From: a virus
DNA: 35,869 bases
Strand: one strand, 5' to 3'
Virus record (IMG/VR): IMGVR_UViG_3300029678_000016
This document shows positions 9,352-19,034 of this stretch, piece after piece. The notes under the pieces are model-generated. The model did not search any database and had not been told where the DNA came from. It worked only from the letters and a program-made list of their open reading frames with translations. The first letter of the stretch is position 1. Each line of letters begins with the position of its first letter. The translations under genes and the position numbers were made by a program.

Positions 9352-11040
9352 ATGGACGTAAAGATTCAGATAAACGGCACATTCCTGGATGGCTTGACTA
9401 AGACGGAGGTCAAACTCTCCATCAATGCGTCCTCACCGTACTCGTTCGGAGAGTCTACCCGTACCTACTCAGCCAACATCAAAGCCCCGAGAAACCAGGT
9501 CAACGATGGTATCTTCTATCAGATGCGCAATTTCGGTTACGTGATGCGTGATACGAAGTACGAGGCTAAGATCTACCTAGGCGGGATAGCGATCAACAAG
9601 CGGTTCAAGGCTAAGGTGACCTGCGATGAGGAGAGTTACAGCATTGCGCTGTCGCAATCCGATCTCAAGATGTCGCAGTTGCCGAAGGAAGTCGTGGAGA
9701 CTACGCTCATCGACTCGAACGTGGGCAATACCCGGTTCTTCCAGGCTAGCGACCTGATCAAGCAAGCGCTGGGAACCGTTAATCCCGTGACATTCCCCGC
9801 TATCGACTACGGAGGTTACGTGCCGGGTCTGATCATCGAGAACAAGGGTCAGATAGGCATCACTGATCTGCTTGTAGGCAAATCAGTTACCGTGTTTTGG
9901 CGGTATGCATCAGAGACGGACGATGGCACGAAATACTTCAGAGGCAACGCCCTAGATATCAAGGAGTACGATACCCGGACAGCCATGACAGCACCGGGTG
10001 GCGTGACAGAATCAACGGTAGCTGTGGTCACTATGGACAACAACGCATACATCACGTTGGACATGTCCAAAGTAGGCACGGTGCTGAACTATGTGGTTCT
10101 AAAGGCGGTGTACAATAATCAGACGGTAGCTATCTTCCAAAAGGACGGTGAACAGAACGACATCACGCAGGTCCGCTACAAGTACATTTCCACGACCATG
10201 AACATACCGATCCGCTACTTCTACGGATTCTACATCAGCCGTGACATCAATGACTACAATAAGTTGAATGCGCTTCCGCCATCCTTTATGCCACCGGATG
10301 AAGCCGTAAACCTGTCGGGGAAGATAACATCGCTTCAGAATACCGCAGGACTTACACAGGAATTTGGAAACTGCGGAGTATCGGATGCCATAACGTATCT
10401 AACCGATATCTGTAAGATATTCCAATGGGGGTGGAAGTTTACACTTACTGAGGATGTCAACGGAAACACGAACGTCAATGTCAACGTGTACAAGCTGATT
10501 GCTGACGAGGCGCGCAACGTGGCTCAGAATGGTCCGATAACCTTCAATGATTCCCGACAGGATTGGTCTGACTTTTACCTGTCAACCGACAAGATCGAGG
10601 ATTCCGAAGGCTTCCCGAACACCGCAGTGTTCAAGATCGGTGACTACTTCAAGAGTCTGCAGGTTTCCAAGGCTTCATTCACGGCTAAGGGCGACATCGT
10701 GGAATCCAATGTCCCATATCCTCAAGACGGTACGTATCCTAGATTCGCCATTCGTAAAGGAGCGGTGGGGCGCGGGTCTACTTGGGTAGAATATTTCAAG
10801 TCGATCAATTACACGCAGTCGCTACAGAAGTACTACGGGCTGTTTTCGGACGCATTGGACGTGACAATTAAGGCTAAGATACCCTACTACTACATCGAAA
10901 ACAAATACAAGGAGAACGGTGTGGTGTGGTTCAAGCAGTTGAATGCATTCTTTTATATCCGGTCGATCACGGATTACAACCTTTCCACACAGGAATGTAA
11001 GGTAAAATTGACTAAAATTAATCTATTGAGACAGAAATAA
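9352..11040 (+). CDS. Hypothetical virion structural protein (tail/baseplate-associated by position)
   Basis: 562 aa, directly upstream of the tape-measure-like gene with a TAATG overlap. Confidence 0.4.
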   Translation: MDVKIQINGTFLDGLTKTEVKLSINASSPYSFGESTRTYSANIKAPRNQVNDGIFYQMRNFGYVMRDTKYEAKIYLGGIAINKRFKAKVTCDEESYSIALSQSDLKMSQLPKEVVETTLIDSNVGNTRFFQASDLIKQALGTVNPVTFPAIDYGGYVPGLIIENKGQIGITDLLVGKSVTVFWRYASETDDGTKYFRGNALDIKEYDTRTAMTAPGGVTESTVAVVTMDNNAYITLDMSKVGTVLNYVVLKAVYNNQTVAIFQKDGEQNDITQVRYKYISTTMNIPIRYFYGFYISRDINDYNKLNALPPSFMPPDEAVNLSGKITSLQNTAGLTQEFGNCGVSDAITYLTDICKIFQWGWKFTLTEDVNGNTNVNVNVYKLIADEARNVAQNGPITFNDSRQDWSDFYLSTDKIEDSEGFPNTAVFKIGDYFKSLQVSKASFTAKGDIVESNVPYPQDGTYPRFAIRKGAVGRGSTWVEYFKSINYTQSLQKYYGLFSDALDVTIKAKIPYYYIENKYKENGVVWFKQLNAFFYIRSITDYNLSTQECKVKLTKINLLRQK

Positions 11041-13586
11041 TGGCAGAAGACGTTACACTATTAGACCTATCGTTCAACACGGCTGAAGCCGTAGACGGTT
11101 TGGATGCGCTCATAAAGAAGTCTCTCGAACTATCAGACGAGAAGAAGCAGCTAGTAAAGCAGATTAATGCCGAGAAACTCGCTCTTGCGGGCATCCGTCA
11201 GAACTACAAGGATAACCTGCTGGATCAGACGGCATTCGAGAAGCAGTCAGAGAAATCAGAGAAGGCGATCATCGCGCTGACCAAGCAGTTGAACAACAAC
11301 AAGATAGCCACATCGGAAAATGCCGCGCAGATCAAGGCGCACACCACCATCGTAAACTCTGAGGCGGAAAGTGTCGAGACGTTGCGGGCACAGCTAGCTC
11401 TTAACACGAAGGCGTTGAACAAGATGTCGGTAGAGCAGCGCACCAACACCGAGTCGGGGAAACAGATGGTCGCTCAGACCAAGGAGATTTCCGACAGGCT
11501 GAAGGAGTTGGAGAAAGGGGTAGGCGACACACGGAGAAACGTGGGTAACTACGCTGAGGATATCGAAGCCGCCACCGCCAATCTTGGTGGCATGACAGGT
11601 GCGACCGGACAGATGATCAAGGGGATGACCGGAGGCATCGCATCCATCAAGGCGTTCAATGCAGCGCTCATGGCGAATCCGTTCGTAGCCATCGCATCGG
11701 CTATCCTCGCAGTCATCTCGGCTATCGGTAAGCTGATGGACCGTAACAACGAGTTAGCGGTGTCAGTGAAAACCATCCTCGCCCCTATCGAACTGATCAT
11801 CACGAAGGTGCTGGACGCTGTGGCTGCTCTGTTTGCTGAGATCGTAAAGGTTTTTGAATGGTTGGCGGAGGCTTACATCAAGGTTTACAATTGGCTTGGT
11901 CTGATATCGGACGAAACCGTCAAGTCTATCGAAACGGCTAGAGGCATGGCGCAGGTGCAGCGTGACATCTACAATGCCGAGACCGACAATGTGCTGGTCC
12001 TCGCCCGCCAACGCAGGGAATTGGAGAAGATGAAGACCATCGTAGCCGAGCAGACAAAGAGTCTGCAGGAACGTACCGAGGCTGCTGATCGCGGTGTTGA
12101 GATTCTGCGGCAGATGGAAGAGGCAGAACTCGGTGTTTTGCGGGCTAAATACGAGCAGATCAAGGCACAGAATGCGCTTTCCTACACATCCGATGAGGAT
12201 AGACGTAAGGAAGTGGAAGCGTTGGCTGCTTTGGAGCAGAAACAGGCTGAATACGAGGCACAGAGACGCGAGTTGATAGGTCAGCGTTCCGGCTTTGAGA
12301 ACACGGAAAGGGCTAATGCCGCTGCTGCCGACAAGAAACGCGCTGAAGACTACGCAAAAGCACAAAAGGAAGCTGCTGAAAAAGCCAAGAAAGCGAAGGA
12401 AGATGCCGACAAAAAGGCAGCAGAGACCGCGAAGAGAGTTCAGCAGGAGGTTCTGAAGAGTTATGAAACGGGCATAACGGAGTTACAGTTACGGATACGC
12501 GAGCGGAATATCGGCATCGTGGACAAGCGGAAATCCCTGGAGGATCAGAACGAACTGAACCAGGCGATTTTGGAGAAGGAACGCTACCGACTGGAACAGG
12601 GTCTGATCACACAGGCTGAATTCGACAACATCCGATACGAACAGCAGGTGGCGTTTCAAGAGAAGGTAGCTGCCATCGAAGCCGAGGAGGAGGCGAAACG
12701 TAAAGAAGCGAAAGCAATGGACCTGGAGAACCAGCGTGCCATCGATGAGGAGAACATCACCAGCGACTTTGAACGCGAGACTCTCCGTCTTGAGCAGCAG
12801 TATCAGATGGAAGTTGCCGCAGCCGAGAAGGTCGGTGCTGACGTGACTCTGATCGAAGCCAAGTACGCTCAGATTCGTGAGAAACGTGAGAAGGAATTGG
12901 TCAACGCCAAGTTACAGATGACCGCTGATATTGCCGGACAGATCTCGAACATCATGGGGCAGGAATCGGCAGCAGGAAAGGTGTTTGCGCTGGCACAGGC
13001 TACGATCAATACATATCTCGGTGCTTCCAAGGCTATTGCGCAGGGCGGTATATGGGGCGTTGCACAGGCAGCGATCGTTATCGCAGCCGGATTGAAGCAG
13101 GTAGCCTCTATCGCTAAGGTAAAAGAGGACGTTCCGAAGACCAACACCAGCGTCCGCAAGTACGCCAAGGGCGGTCAGATATTCGGACCTTCCCATTCGC
13201 AGGGTGGCGTGACCTTTGTCGGATCGAACGGTCAGCGTTTCGAAGCCGAAGGCGGGGAAAACATGTACATCCTCAACCGCAAGGCATCCAGTGCCATCAA
13301 TGCCCTGTCTGCGCTGAACATGCAGTACGGTGGACGGTCATTCGGTGGATCGAACGTTTACAAGTATGCCGATGGTGGCGGATTCGATGTGCTTAGCGCG
13401 CAGTCGTTGACAAATCTGAACAAGGCTGTCAAGAAGGACGTTGATCTGTCACCCAAGACAATCGCAGCCATCGCACTAGCCTTTGTTGACGGTGTTCAAA
13501 GTGCCCCGAATCCTGTCGTGTCTGTACAAGACATCACCGATGTTCAGCAGGGACGCACACTGGTAATAGATTCCGCGACAAATTGA
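11040..13586 (+). CDS. Tape-measure-like protein
   Basis: 848 aa with long predicted coiled coils. Hydrophobic segments occur at LMANPFVAIASAILAVISAIG and at GIWGVAQAAIVIAAGL. The Gly-rich C-terminal module has a repeated KYA[KD]GG motif and GPSHSQGGV. Confidence 0.6.
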   Translation: MAEDVTLLDLSFNTAEAVDGLDALIKKSLELSDEKKQLVKQINAEKLALAGIRQNYKDNLLDQTAFEKQSEKSEKAIIALTKQLNNNKIATSENAAQIKAHTTIVNSEAESVETLRAQLALNTKALNKMSVEQRTNTESGKQMVAQTKEISDRLKELEKGVGDTRRNVGNYAEDIEAATANLGGMTGATGQMIKGMTGGIASIKAFNAALMANPFVAIASAILAVISAIGKLMDRNNELAVSVKTILAPIELIITKVLDAVAALFAEIVKVFEWLAEAYIKVYNWLGLISDETVKSIETARGMAQVQRDIYNAETDNVLVLARQRRELEKMKTIVAEQTKSLQERTEAADRGVEILRQMEEAELGVLRAKYEQIKAQNALSYTSDEDRRKEVEALAALEQKQAEYEAQRRELIGQRSGFENTERANAAAADKKRAEDYAKAQKEAAEKAKKAKEDADKKAAETAKRVQQEVLKSYETGITELQLRIRERNIGIVDKRKSLEDQNELNQAILEKERYRLEQGLITQAEFDNIRYEQQVAFQEKVAAIEAEEEAKRKEAKAMDLENQRAIDEENITSDFERETLRLEQQYQMEVAAAEKVGADVTLIEAKYAQIREKREKELVNAKLQMTADIAGQISNIMGQESAAGKVFALAQATINTYLGASKAIAQGGIWGVAQAAIVIAAGLKQVASIAKVKEDVPKTNTSVRKYAKGGQIFGPSHSQGGVTFVGSNGQRFEAEGGENMYILNRKASSAINALSALNMQYGGRSFGGSNVYKYADGGGFDVLSAQSLTNLNKAVKKDVDLSPKTIAAIALAFVDGVQSAPNPVVSVQDITDVQQGRTLVIDSATN

Positions 13587-13594
13587 AACGGGAG

Positions 13595-13628
13595 TTTTAG
13601 AAATTAACTAAGTAAATAGATACCTTTG
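13595..13628 (+). promoter_or_regulatory. Candidate internal promoter for the head-gene block
   Basis: TAccTTTG at 13621-13628, 19 nt before the ATG at 13648. The -33 element is weak (TTTTAG at 13595-13600). It lies in the only 61-nt gap in arm A. Confidence 0.45.
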
Positions 13629-13647
13629 CAATTAATTAGGAACAACT

Positions 13648-14700
13648 ATGGTTTTCAAAAGATTAAGAATAATAGAAGCAGGACCTACCACTAACTACTG
13701 GGGCGACTACGTTAATGGTGAATGGACGGAAGGGAAGACTGTCATCCTCCCCGAATCTCTCGCGTCATTGGTAGCGCTAGGGAATGCTAGACCCATCCAT
13801 GCTCGTAAGACACACAACGGACTAGATATGCTGGATAACTACATCGGAAGTTTTTCCAACTTCGTGGAAGAGGACGGTGTAGTGTATGCGGACCTTACCA
13901 TCTCCGAGGCTGCGTCGGAAGCGTACCCGGACGATGTGAAGTTTATGACAGGTCTGATTGAGAAGGAACCGGAGATGCTCGGAGTATCCGTCTACGATGT
14001 GGATTATAAGGTTTGGAACGAGAAAAACGGGACGTGGGACGTATCCGAATTCGTTGACCTTATTACTTGCGACCTTGTAGGTCTTCCGGCAGCAACGAGT
14101 TCTTTATTTAGTAATAATAATAACAATCAAAATCGTAAATCTATGGGATTTTTTACAAGCCTTTTCTCGTCTTTTGCCGAGGAAAAAGCAAAAGACGAGA
14201 AGAAAGAGGAAAAAGCAAAAGACGAGAAGAAAGAGGAAGAAACCAAGCTGGCTGACCAGATTGTGAGCACAGTAAACGGTGAAAAGATCACCATCAAGGC
14301 AAGCGGAGAAGAAGCTGCGGTTGGTGATGAAGTAGTAAAAGAGGACGGTTCACCTGTCGAAGATGGCGAGGTCATCGTTGATCTTGGCGAAGAAGGAAAA
14401 CTCATCCTCGTGATCAAAGACGGAAAGATCGCTGAATTCAAGGAATACACCGAAGAGGTGAAAACCGAGGAAGAAGTGTCTAAGACTCCGGACGAATTCT
14501 CGAAGCGCCTGCAGGCTGTTGAACAGTCATTAGGCGAGATCAAGACAATGCTGTCACGTCAGACAAAAACTCCTGCCCAACAGGAACGCAATGACGCTAG
14601 CAAGTCTAAACAATCCCCGAACGACAAGACACAGTTGTCTAAGGAGGACAGACGCAGAGCTGCCTACGAAGCTATGCAGAGATATTGCGCAAAGAAGTAA
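13648..14700 (+). CDS. Capsid scaffolding / maturation-protease-like protein
   Basis: Immediately upstream of the capsid gene. The N-terminal domain (FKRLRIIEAGPT ... HARKTHNG ... MLGVSVYD) resembles gpO/S78-type scaffold-proteases. The C-terminal half is Lys/Glu-rich with a 27-bp in-frame tandem repeat. Confidence 0.5.
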   Translation: MVFKRLRIIEAGPTTNYWGDYVNGEWTEGKTVILPESLASLVALGNARPIHARKTHNGLDMLDNYIGSFSNFVEEDGVVYADLTISEAASEAYPDDVKFMTGLIEKEPEMLGVSVYDVDYKVWNEKNGTWDVSEFVDLITCDLVGLPAATSSLFSNNNNNQNRKSMGFFTSLFSSFAEEKAKDEKKEEKAKDEKKEEETKLADQIVSTVNGEKITIKASGEEAAVGDEVVKEDGSPVEDGEVIVDLGEEGKLILVIKDGKIAEFKEYTEEVKTEEEVSKTPDEFSKRLQAVEQSLGEIKTMLSRQTKTPAQQERNDASKSKQSPNDKTQLSKEDRRRAAYEAMQRYCAKK

Positions 14701-14729
14701 TAACTTAACATCTAACAACTTATACGACT

Positions 14730-15674
14730 ATGACATTTACCGACTTGAATAAACTTAACATGGGCAGTCTCTCCGAGATCATCTCGATGACTGTCGGATT
14801 GGTAGGAGAGATGCAGAGAGGCGCAACAGTGCTCGCTGGTATCGACAACAAGACTCCTATCGTGACTTTTACCGCTAAAGACAAGGCATTGCGCAAGTCT
14901 AAGGGCTGCGACGGCAAGTACGAATATACAGAGATGGCTGACAAGGTGAAGTACTACGACTTCCAGCCTGTCGAATTGCCTATCGTAGTCTGCTTGCAGG
15001 ACCTGTGGGGCAAGATGGTGGCTAAAGGTATCCATTTGTCTGACGACTTCAGCGAAACTGAATTGGCGGGCTTCATGGCATCAGAAGTTCTGAAAGTGCT
15101 GGAAGCTGACTTGCTGCGTTTGGCTTGGCTGGACGGTGAAAAAGATGCTGAAGAATCCTACAACATCTTTAAGAACGGTGGTTTCTTGAAACAGATGGAA
15201 ACCAGCTCGGAGAGTGTCCTCACCTTGACTCTTGACACTAGCGACACTACAGGAGTTGTCCGCACGATGAAGAAACTGATCGACACCCAACGTCCGGATC
15301 AATTGGAAAACTCTGAGTTCTTCGTTACATCTAACGTGATGCGTATCTTCAAGGATCTCACACAACAGAAGGACAACCACATCGCTCAGATGATCATGAT
15401 GGACGGTAAACCGGAGTATTACCTGGAAGGATACAAGATCAACGAACTGCCACATGTATCGGCATCTATGCTCGCTGATACAACCAAGATCAACGCGTTC
15501 ATCGCGTTTACTCCGAAGACGAACATCCAGATCGTTCTGGAAGACAGCAATGTCAACATCAAACCGTTCCTGCAGGACGCCCAGACACGTAAGTACTACT
15601 CTACTACTGTCTTCGCTGCTGACGTAATGGTGGCTGTTCCGGAAATCCTTAAGTTGGCTACAAAAAAGCCCTAA
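14730..15674 (+). CDS. Major capsid protein (putative)
   Basis: 314 aa, directly after the scaffold-like gene. It weakly resembles the P2 gpN family from memory (KYE..., QDLWGK). Assigned mainly by position. Confidence 0.6.
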   Translation: MTFTDLNKLNMGSLSEIISMTVGLVGEMQRGATVLAGIDNKTPIVTFTAKDKALRKSKGCDGKYEYTEMADKVKYYDFQPVELPIVVCLQDLWGKMVAKGIHLSDDFSETELAGFMASEVLKVLEADLLRLAWLDGEKDAEESYNIFKNGGFLKQMETSSESVLTLTLDTSDTTGVVRTMKKLIDTQRPDQLENSEFFVTSNVMRIFKDLTQQKDNHIAQMIMMDGKPEYYLEGYKINELPHVSASMLADTTKINAFIAFTPKTNIQIVLEDSNVNIKPFLQDAQTRKYYSTTVFAADVMVAVPEILKLATKKP

Positions 15675-15694
15675 ACATTTAAAATCTGAAAACA

Positions 15695-16225
15695 ATGGCA
15701 TGTTTAACAAAACTGAATAAGGCTATCGTTTTCGGCTGCGCAGGAGGAGCTATCGGTTTGTCCGAGCTTCTCCTCGTAAACAAAATTGACATCAAGACCA
15801 TCACCATCACCGATAACGAAGTAACTGCCCTAGCTCTTAACTCGGGAATGAAGGCTTACGCAGTTGACTGCTATAAGAACAGCGCTAAGATCACCGAGGC
15901 GATCCGTACATCAGACGCAGCTAACGGGATGGAACAGACAGTGACAGTTACTGTCTACGATAAGACGAAAGACGGTGCTCGTATCGTTGAGTCTCTTCTG
16001 AATGGAAACTTTGTCGCTTTTGGAAAGCTGAAAGACGGTGGTACGATCAAGGTAGCTGGTGCTCTTGCCGGATTGGAGGCTTCCGCGGCTGACTCAGATA
16101 CCTCGGCTAATGGCGGCTTTGCTACCGTCGCTCTCAAGACTCCGGATGGAGGCAGAGGAGATGCTGTAGCTGTAGCCAATACGAATGTGTGGAATTATCT
16201 TAACGCTAATAAAGTAGGAGGCTGA
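15695..16225 (+). CDS. Tandem paralog 1 of 3, 175-aa virion protein family (possibly tail-tube-like)
   Basis: MAC...C15 N-terminus. Shares the blocks TEAIR..D.A...EQ.V and GGFATVALKTPDG with the next two genes. Confidence 0.5.
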   Translation: MACLTKLNKAIVFGCAGGAIGLSELLLVNKIDIKTITITDNEVTALALNSGMKAYAVDCYKNSAKITEAIRTSDAANGMEQTVTVTVYDKTKDGARIVESLLNGNFVAFGKLKDGGTIKVAGALAGLEASAADSDTSANGGFATVALKTPDGGRGDAVAVANTNVWNYLNANKVGG

Positions 16226-16226
16226 T

Positions 16227-16751
16227 ATGGGATGTATAAGTAATATTGCAGGTGCTATCACCTATGACTGCTTAGGCGGTGCGGTCGGCATTGCTGATCT
16301 TTTGCTGATCAACTACTCGGATGTACAATCGGTAGCTATCAACAAGGGAGAGGTTACAGTAACTCTGACATCTACCGGAAAGCCTGTTCGTGTGGCATCG
16401 ATCCGAAAAGGTGCTAACGCTACTGAGGCGGTAAGATCCAATGAGAATGCGCCTAATGCGCTGGAACAATCCGTAAACTTTACAGTCTACAAGAAGTCTA
16501 AGGTGGAGGCTGACTTTGTCAACACGATCATCAACTCACGACTTGTAGCTGTAGCCAAGATGATCGAAAACGGTGTTTACCGTATCTTCGGTTGCAATCA
16601 CGGCTTGGAGGTTTCCGCGCTGGAAGAATCGGCTAACGAAAATGGTGGCTTCACAACCATCACCATCTCGACTCCGGAAAACGTTCTTGGCGAGGCTAGA
16701 GCGACCATTACGGAATCGACTTGGAATACATTAATTGCTAAAGCGGGATAA
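16227..16751 (+). CDS. Tandem paralog 2 of 3
   Basis: MGC...C15 N-terminus. Carries TEAVRSNENAPNALEQSV and GGFTTITISTPEN. Confidence 0.5.
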   Translation: MGCISNIAGAITYDCLGGAVGIADLLLINYSDVQSVAINKGEVTVTLTSTGKPVRVASIRKGANATEAVRSNENAPNALEQSVNFTVYKKSKVEADFVNTIINSRLVAVAKMIENGVYRIFGCNHGLEVSALEESANENGGFTTITISTPENVLGEARATITESTWNTLIAKAG

Positions 16752-16753
16752 TC

Positions 16754-17281
16754 ATGGCATGTGTTAAGAAAATATCTAGTGATCTAGGCTTCGACTGTAA
16801 CAATCCTGGTCTGATATCCGGGATATCGGGCGTAGAAGAGGCTGTGATCATCAACCACGCGGATGTGTCAAGTATCGCGGCTTCCCCGACAGCGGGAACA
16901 GTCACCATCACCTTGAAGAGCGGGACCCGTGGCTACACTATCCAATGCGTGAAGAACTCCGTACAGATTACTGAGGCTGCTCGTCAGAATGATAACGCTC
17001 CTACGATGTTGGAAATCACGGCAAACATCAAGTTGCTTTCTGCACTTCCCGTTGTGACATATATCAACGGTTTGCTGTCCGGATCGTTCTTGCTGGCGGT
17101 CAGAACCAAGACCAACCAATACTATCTGTTAGGGGCGCATTCACCTATGGAGGTTTCCGACATGGTAACTGACAGCGCAACAGACGGTGTTACAACCGCG
17201 ACTCTTAAAACTCCGGACGGTTCTTGTGGCGACTATCGCTACATTATCACTGCGGAGCAGTACAACAATCTTAAAAAGTAA
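16754..17281 (+). CDS. Tandem paralog 3 of 3 (most diverged)
   Basis: MAC...C15 N-terminus. Carries TEAARQNDNAPTMLE and DGVTTATLKTPDG. Confidence 0.5.
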   Translation: MACVKKISSDLGFDCNNPGLISGISGVEEAVIINHADVSSIAASPTAGTVTITLKSGTRGYTIQCVKNSVQITEAARQNDNAPTMLEITANIKLLSALPVVTYINGLLSGSFLLAVRTKTNQYYLLGAHSPMEVSDMVTDSATDGVTTATLKTPDGSCGDYRYIITAEQYNNLKK

Positions 17282-17289
17282 TAATCAAC

Positions 17290-17868
17290 ATGGCTAAGAG
17301 AAAAACTAAAGATATCCAACCGATGAGAGAATTGGTACAGTTAACGGACAGCGTAGAGATGCTGAAACTGTGCGTGCGGATGACTCATCTGAAACTCGAT
17401 CCTGTATGCCACATGGACCGCGCTTATGCGGAACGCTGGTACAGGGAACACTACATCAACGGTGTGCATGCCCGTTACGTCATGAAGCCGGGGATGTCGA
17501 TCAATCATGTAGGAGACGGCATCGTTTACCGCGCATTCAACTGTACTGACGCGATCGCAGCCCGATTGATGCGCGAGAACAGGGAATACATCAATTATTT
17601 CGAAGACCTTGGCGAATTCGTGCTACCTGGTCAGAGCGTAGTTGAGGATACTCCTACAGTAATCCCGGAAATCGAGGAAGAAGGCGCAGAAACCGAGGAA
17701 GAAGGCGCAGAAACCGAGGAGGAAGGTGCGGAAGACACACCGACGGTGATCCCGGAAACTGAGGATACTCCGAAGGAAGAGGAATCTCCGAAGGAGGAAA
17801 CACCTGCTGCTCCCGAAGATGACAAGGTGCTTGAGGACCTTGAGAAAGAACTGAACGAAGAAAAGTAA
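17290..17868 (+). CDS. Hypothetical protein with an acidic repeat tail
   Basis: 192 aa. The C-terminal third is Glu-rich, with EEEGAET x3 and EDTPTVIPE x2. Confidence 0.45.
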   Translation: MAKRKTKDIQPMRELVQLTDSVEMLKLCVRMTHLKLDPVCHMDRAYAERWYREHYINGVHARYVMKPGMSINHVGDGIVYRAFNCTDAIAARLMRENREYINYFEDLGEFVLPGQSVVEDTPTVIPEIEEEGAETEEEGAETEEEGAEDTPTVIPETEDTPKEEESPKEETPAAPEDDKVLEDLEKELNEEK

Positions 17869-17880
17869 TCAAACCATTAA

Positions 17881-19029
17881 GTGATGATAGCGCACAAGAA
17901 AGTAAATGTAGTAATAGACAGGGCTTTAAAGACGAGCGCACGCACGAATGAGAAGGTTGTGGGATACGGGGAAGGAAACCTGTATCCCCAAATTATATCC
18001 GAACTCATCTATGCGAGCAAAACAGCCGCTCTAAGCACCGAAAGATTGTCGGAAGCAATCGAATGCGAAGGTTTCCTGCATGATGAATTCGCCAATCTTG
18101 AGAATGCCTATGGGGACACATTGAACGATATACTGAACTCCATAGCATACGACATCGCAAGATTCCGGGGTGCTGCGCTTATCGTCCAATACGGAGGCGA
18201 TTACCGTCCGAAGGCTGTCTACCATGTTCCTTTTGAATATGTTCGTGCGGGGCTGAACAAGGATTACCTGACCAATCCGGTCATCCACAAGTACGTGGTG
18301 TTCAACAACTGGGAAAGGCAGAATATCAAAAGCACGACTCTTGAGAAAACATCGGTGACCTATCCGGCATTCGATCCGGACAATTTCGCCAGCGAATGCG
18401 AGTTTTACGGTGGCATCGAGAACCATCCGGGTCAGTTGCTGTACATGAATTTCTGCACCACCAGGCCCTATCCGATTTCTCCGTTCCACGCAGTACAATC
18501 AGAGATGCAAGCCGAAGCGATGAACTCCACTTACGTGGAACGCACGCTTACACGGGGATTCCACATGTGCAAGATCGTATCGCACGGTGACTTTACTGAC
18601 GAGAAGGAACAGGATGACTTCGTCAAAGGAATGCGTGACATCATGGGTGCTGAAGGTGCCGGAGCTGTGGTGATGGTCCGTGATGACAACACGATGATCC
18701 CGCAATCCCGTCCGTTCATTAAGGTGGACGACTTGGGAACACCGATTGATGCTAACCTGTACAAAGCCTATTGCGAACCTCTTAAGAAAGACATCGCTTC
18801 ACAGGCTTACAACATTCCGATCCCGCTCGTAGACTCATCACTGATTTCGTTTTCGAACGCATCCGGAGAAGTGGTGCGTGAGATGCAGAAGGTCTACCGC
18901 AGGTCGGCAGTTAAATTACGTAACAAGATAAGCCGTGAGCTAGCTAGAGTTTTCGATGTTCCGAAGGAATTCTGCGAAATCCGGAATGAACTCGAGGAAA
19001 CTGAAACGGATACAATAACTAATGTTTAA
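17881..19029 (+). CDS. Portal protein (putative, PBSX-like); likely ATG start at 17884
   Basis: 382 aa. Motif layout typical of small portals: GEGNLYPQII.EL...S.TAA, then GAEGAGAVVMV...IKVDDLG...D...Y......KDIA.AYNIP.PLV. Confidence 0.65.
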   Translation: MMIAHKKVNVVIDRALKTSARTNEKVVGYGEGNLYPQIISELIYASKTAALSTERLSEAIECEGFLHDEFANLENAYGDTLNDILNSIAYDIARFRGAALIVQYGGDYRPKAVYHVPFEYVRAGLNKDYLTNPVIHKYVVFNNWERQNIKSTTLEKTSVTYPAFDPDNFASECEFYGGIENHPGQLLYMNFCTTRPYPISPFHAVQSEMQAEAMNSTYVERTLTRGFHMCKIVSHGDFTDEKEQDDFVKGMRDIMGAEGAGAVVMVRDDNTMIPQSRPFIKVDDLGTPIDANLYKAYCEPLKKDIASQAYNIPIPLVDSSLISFSNASGEVVREMQKVYRRSAVKLRNKISRELARVFDVPKEFCEIRNELEETETDTITNV

Positions 19030-19034
19030 TCGAT

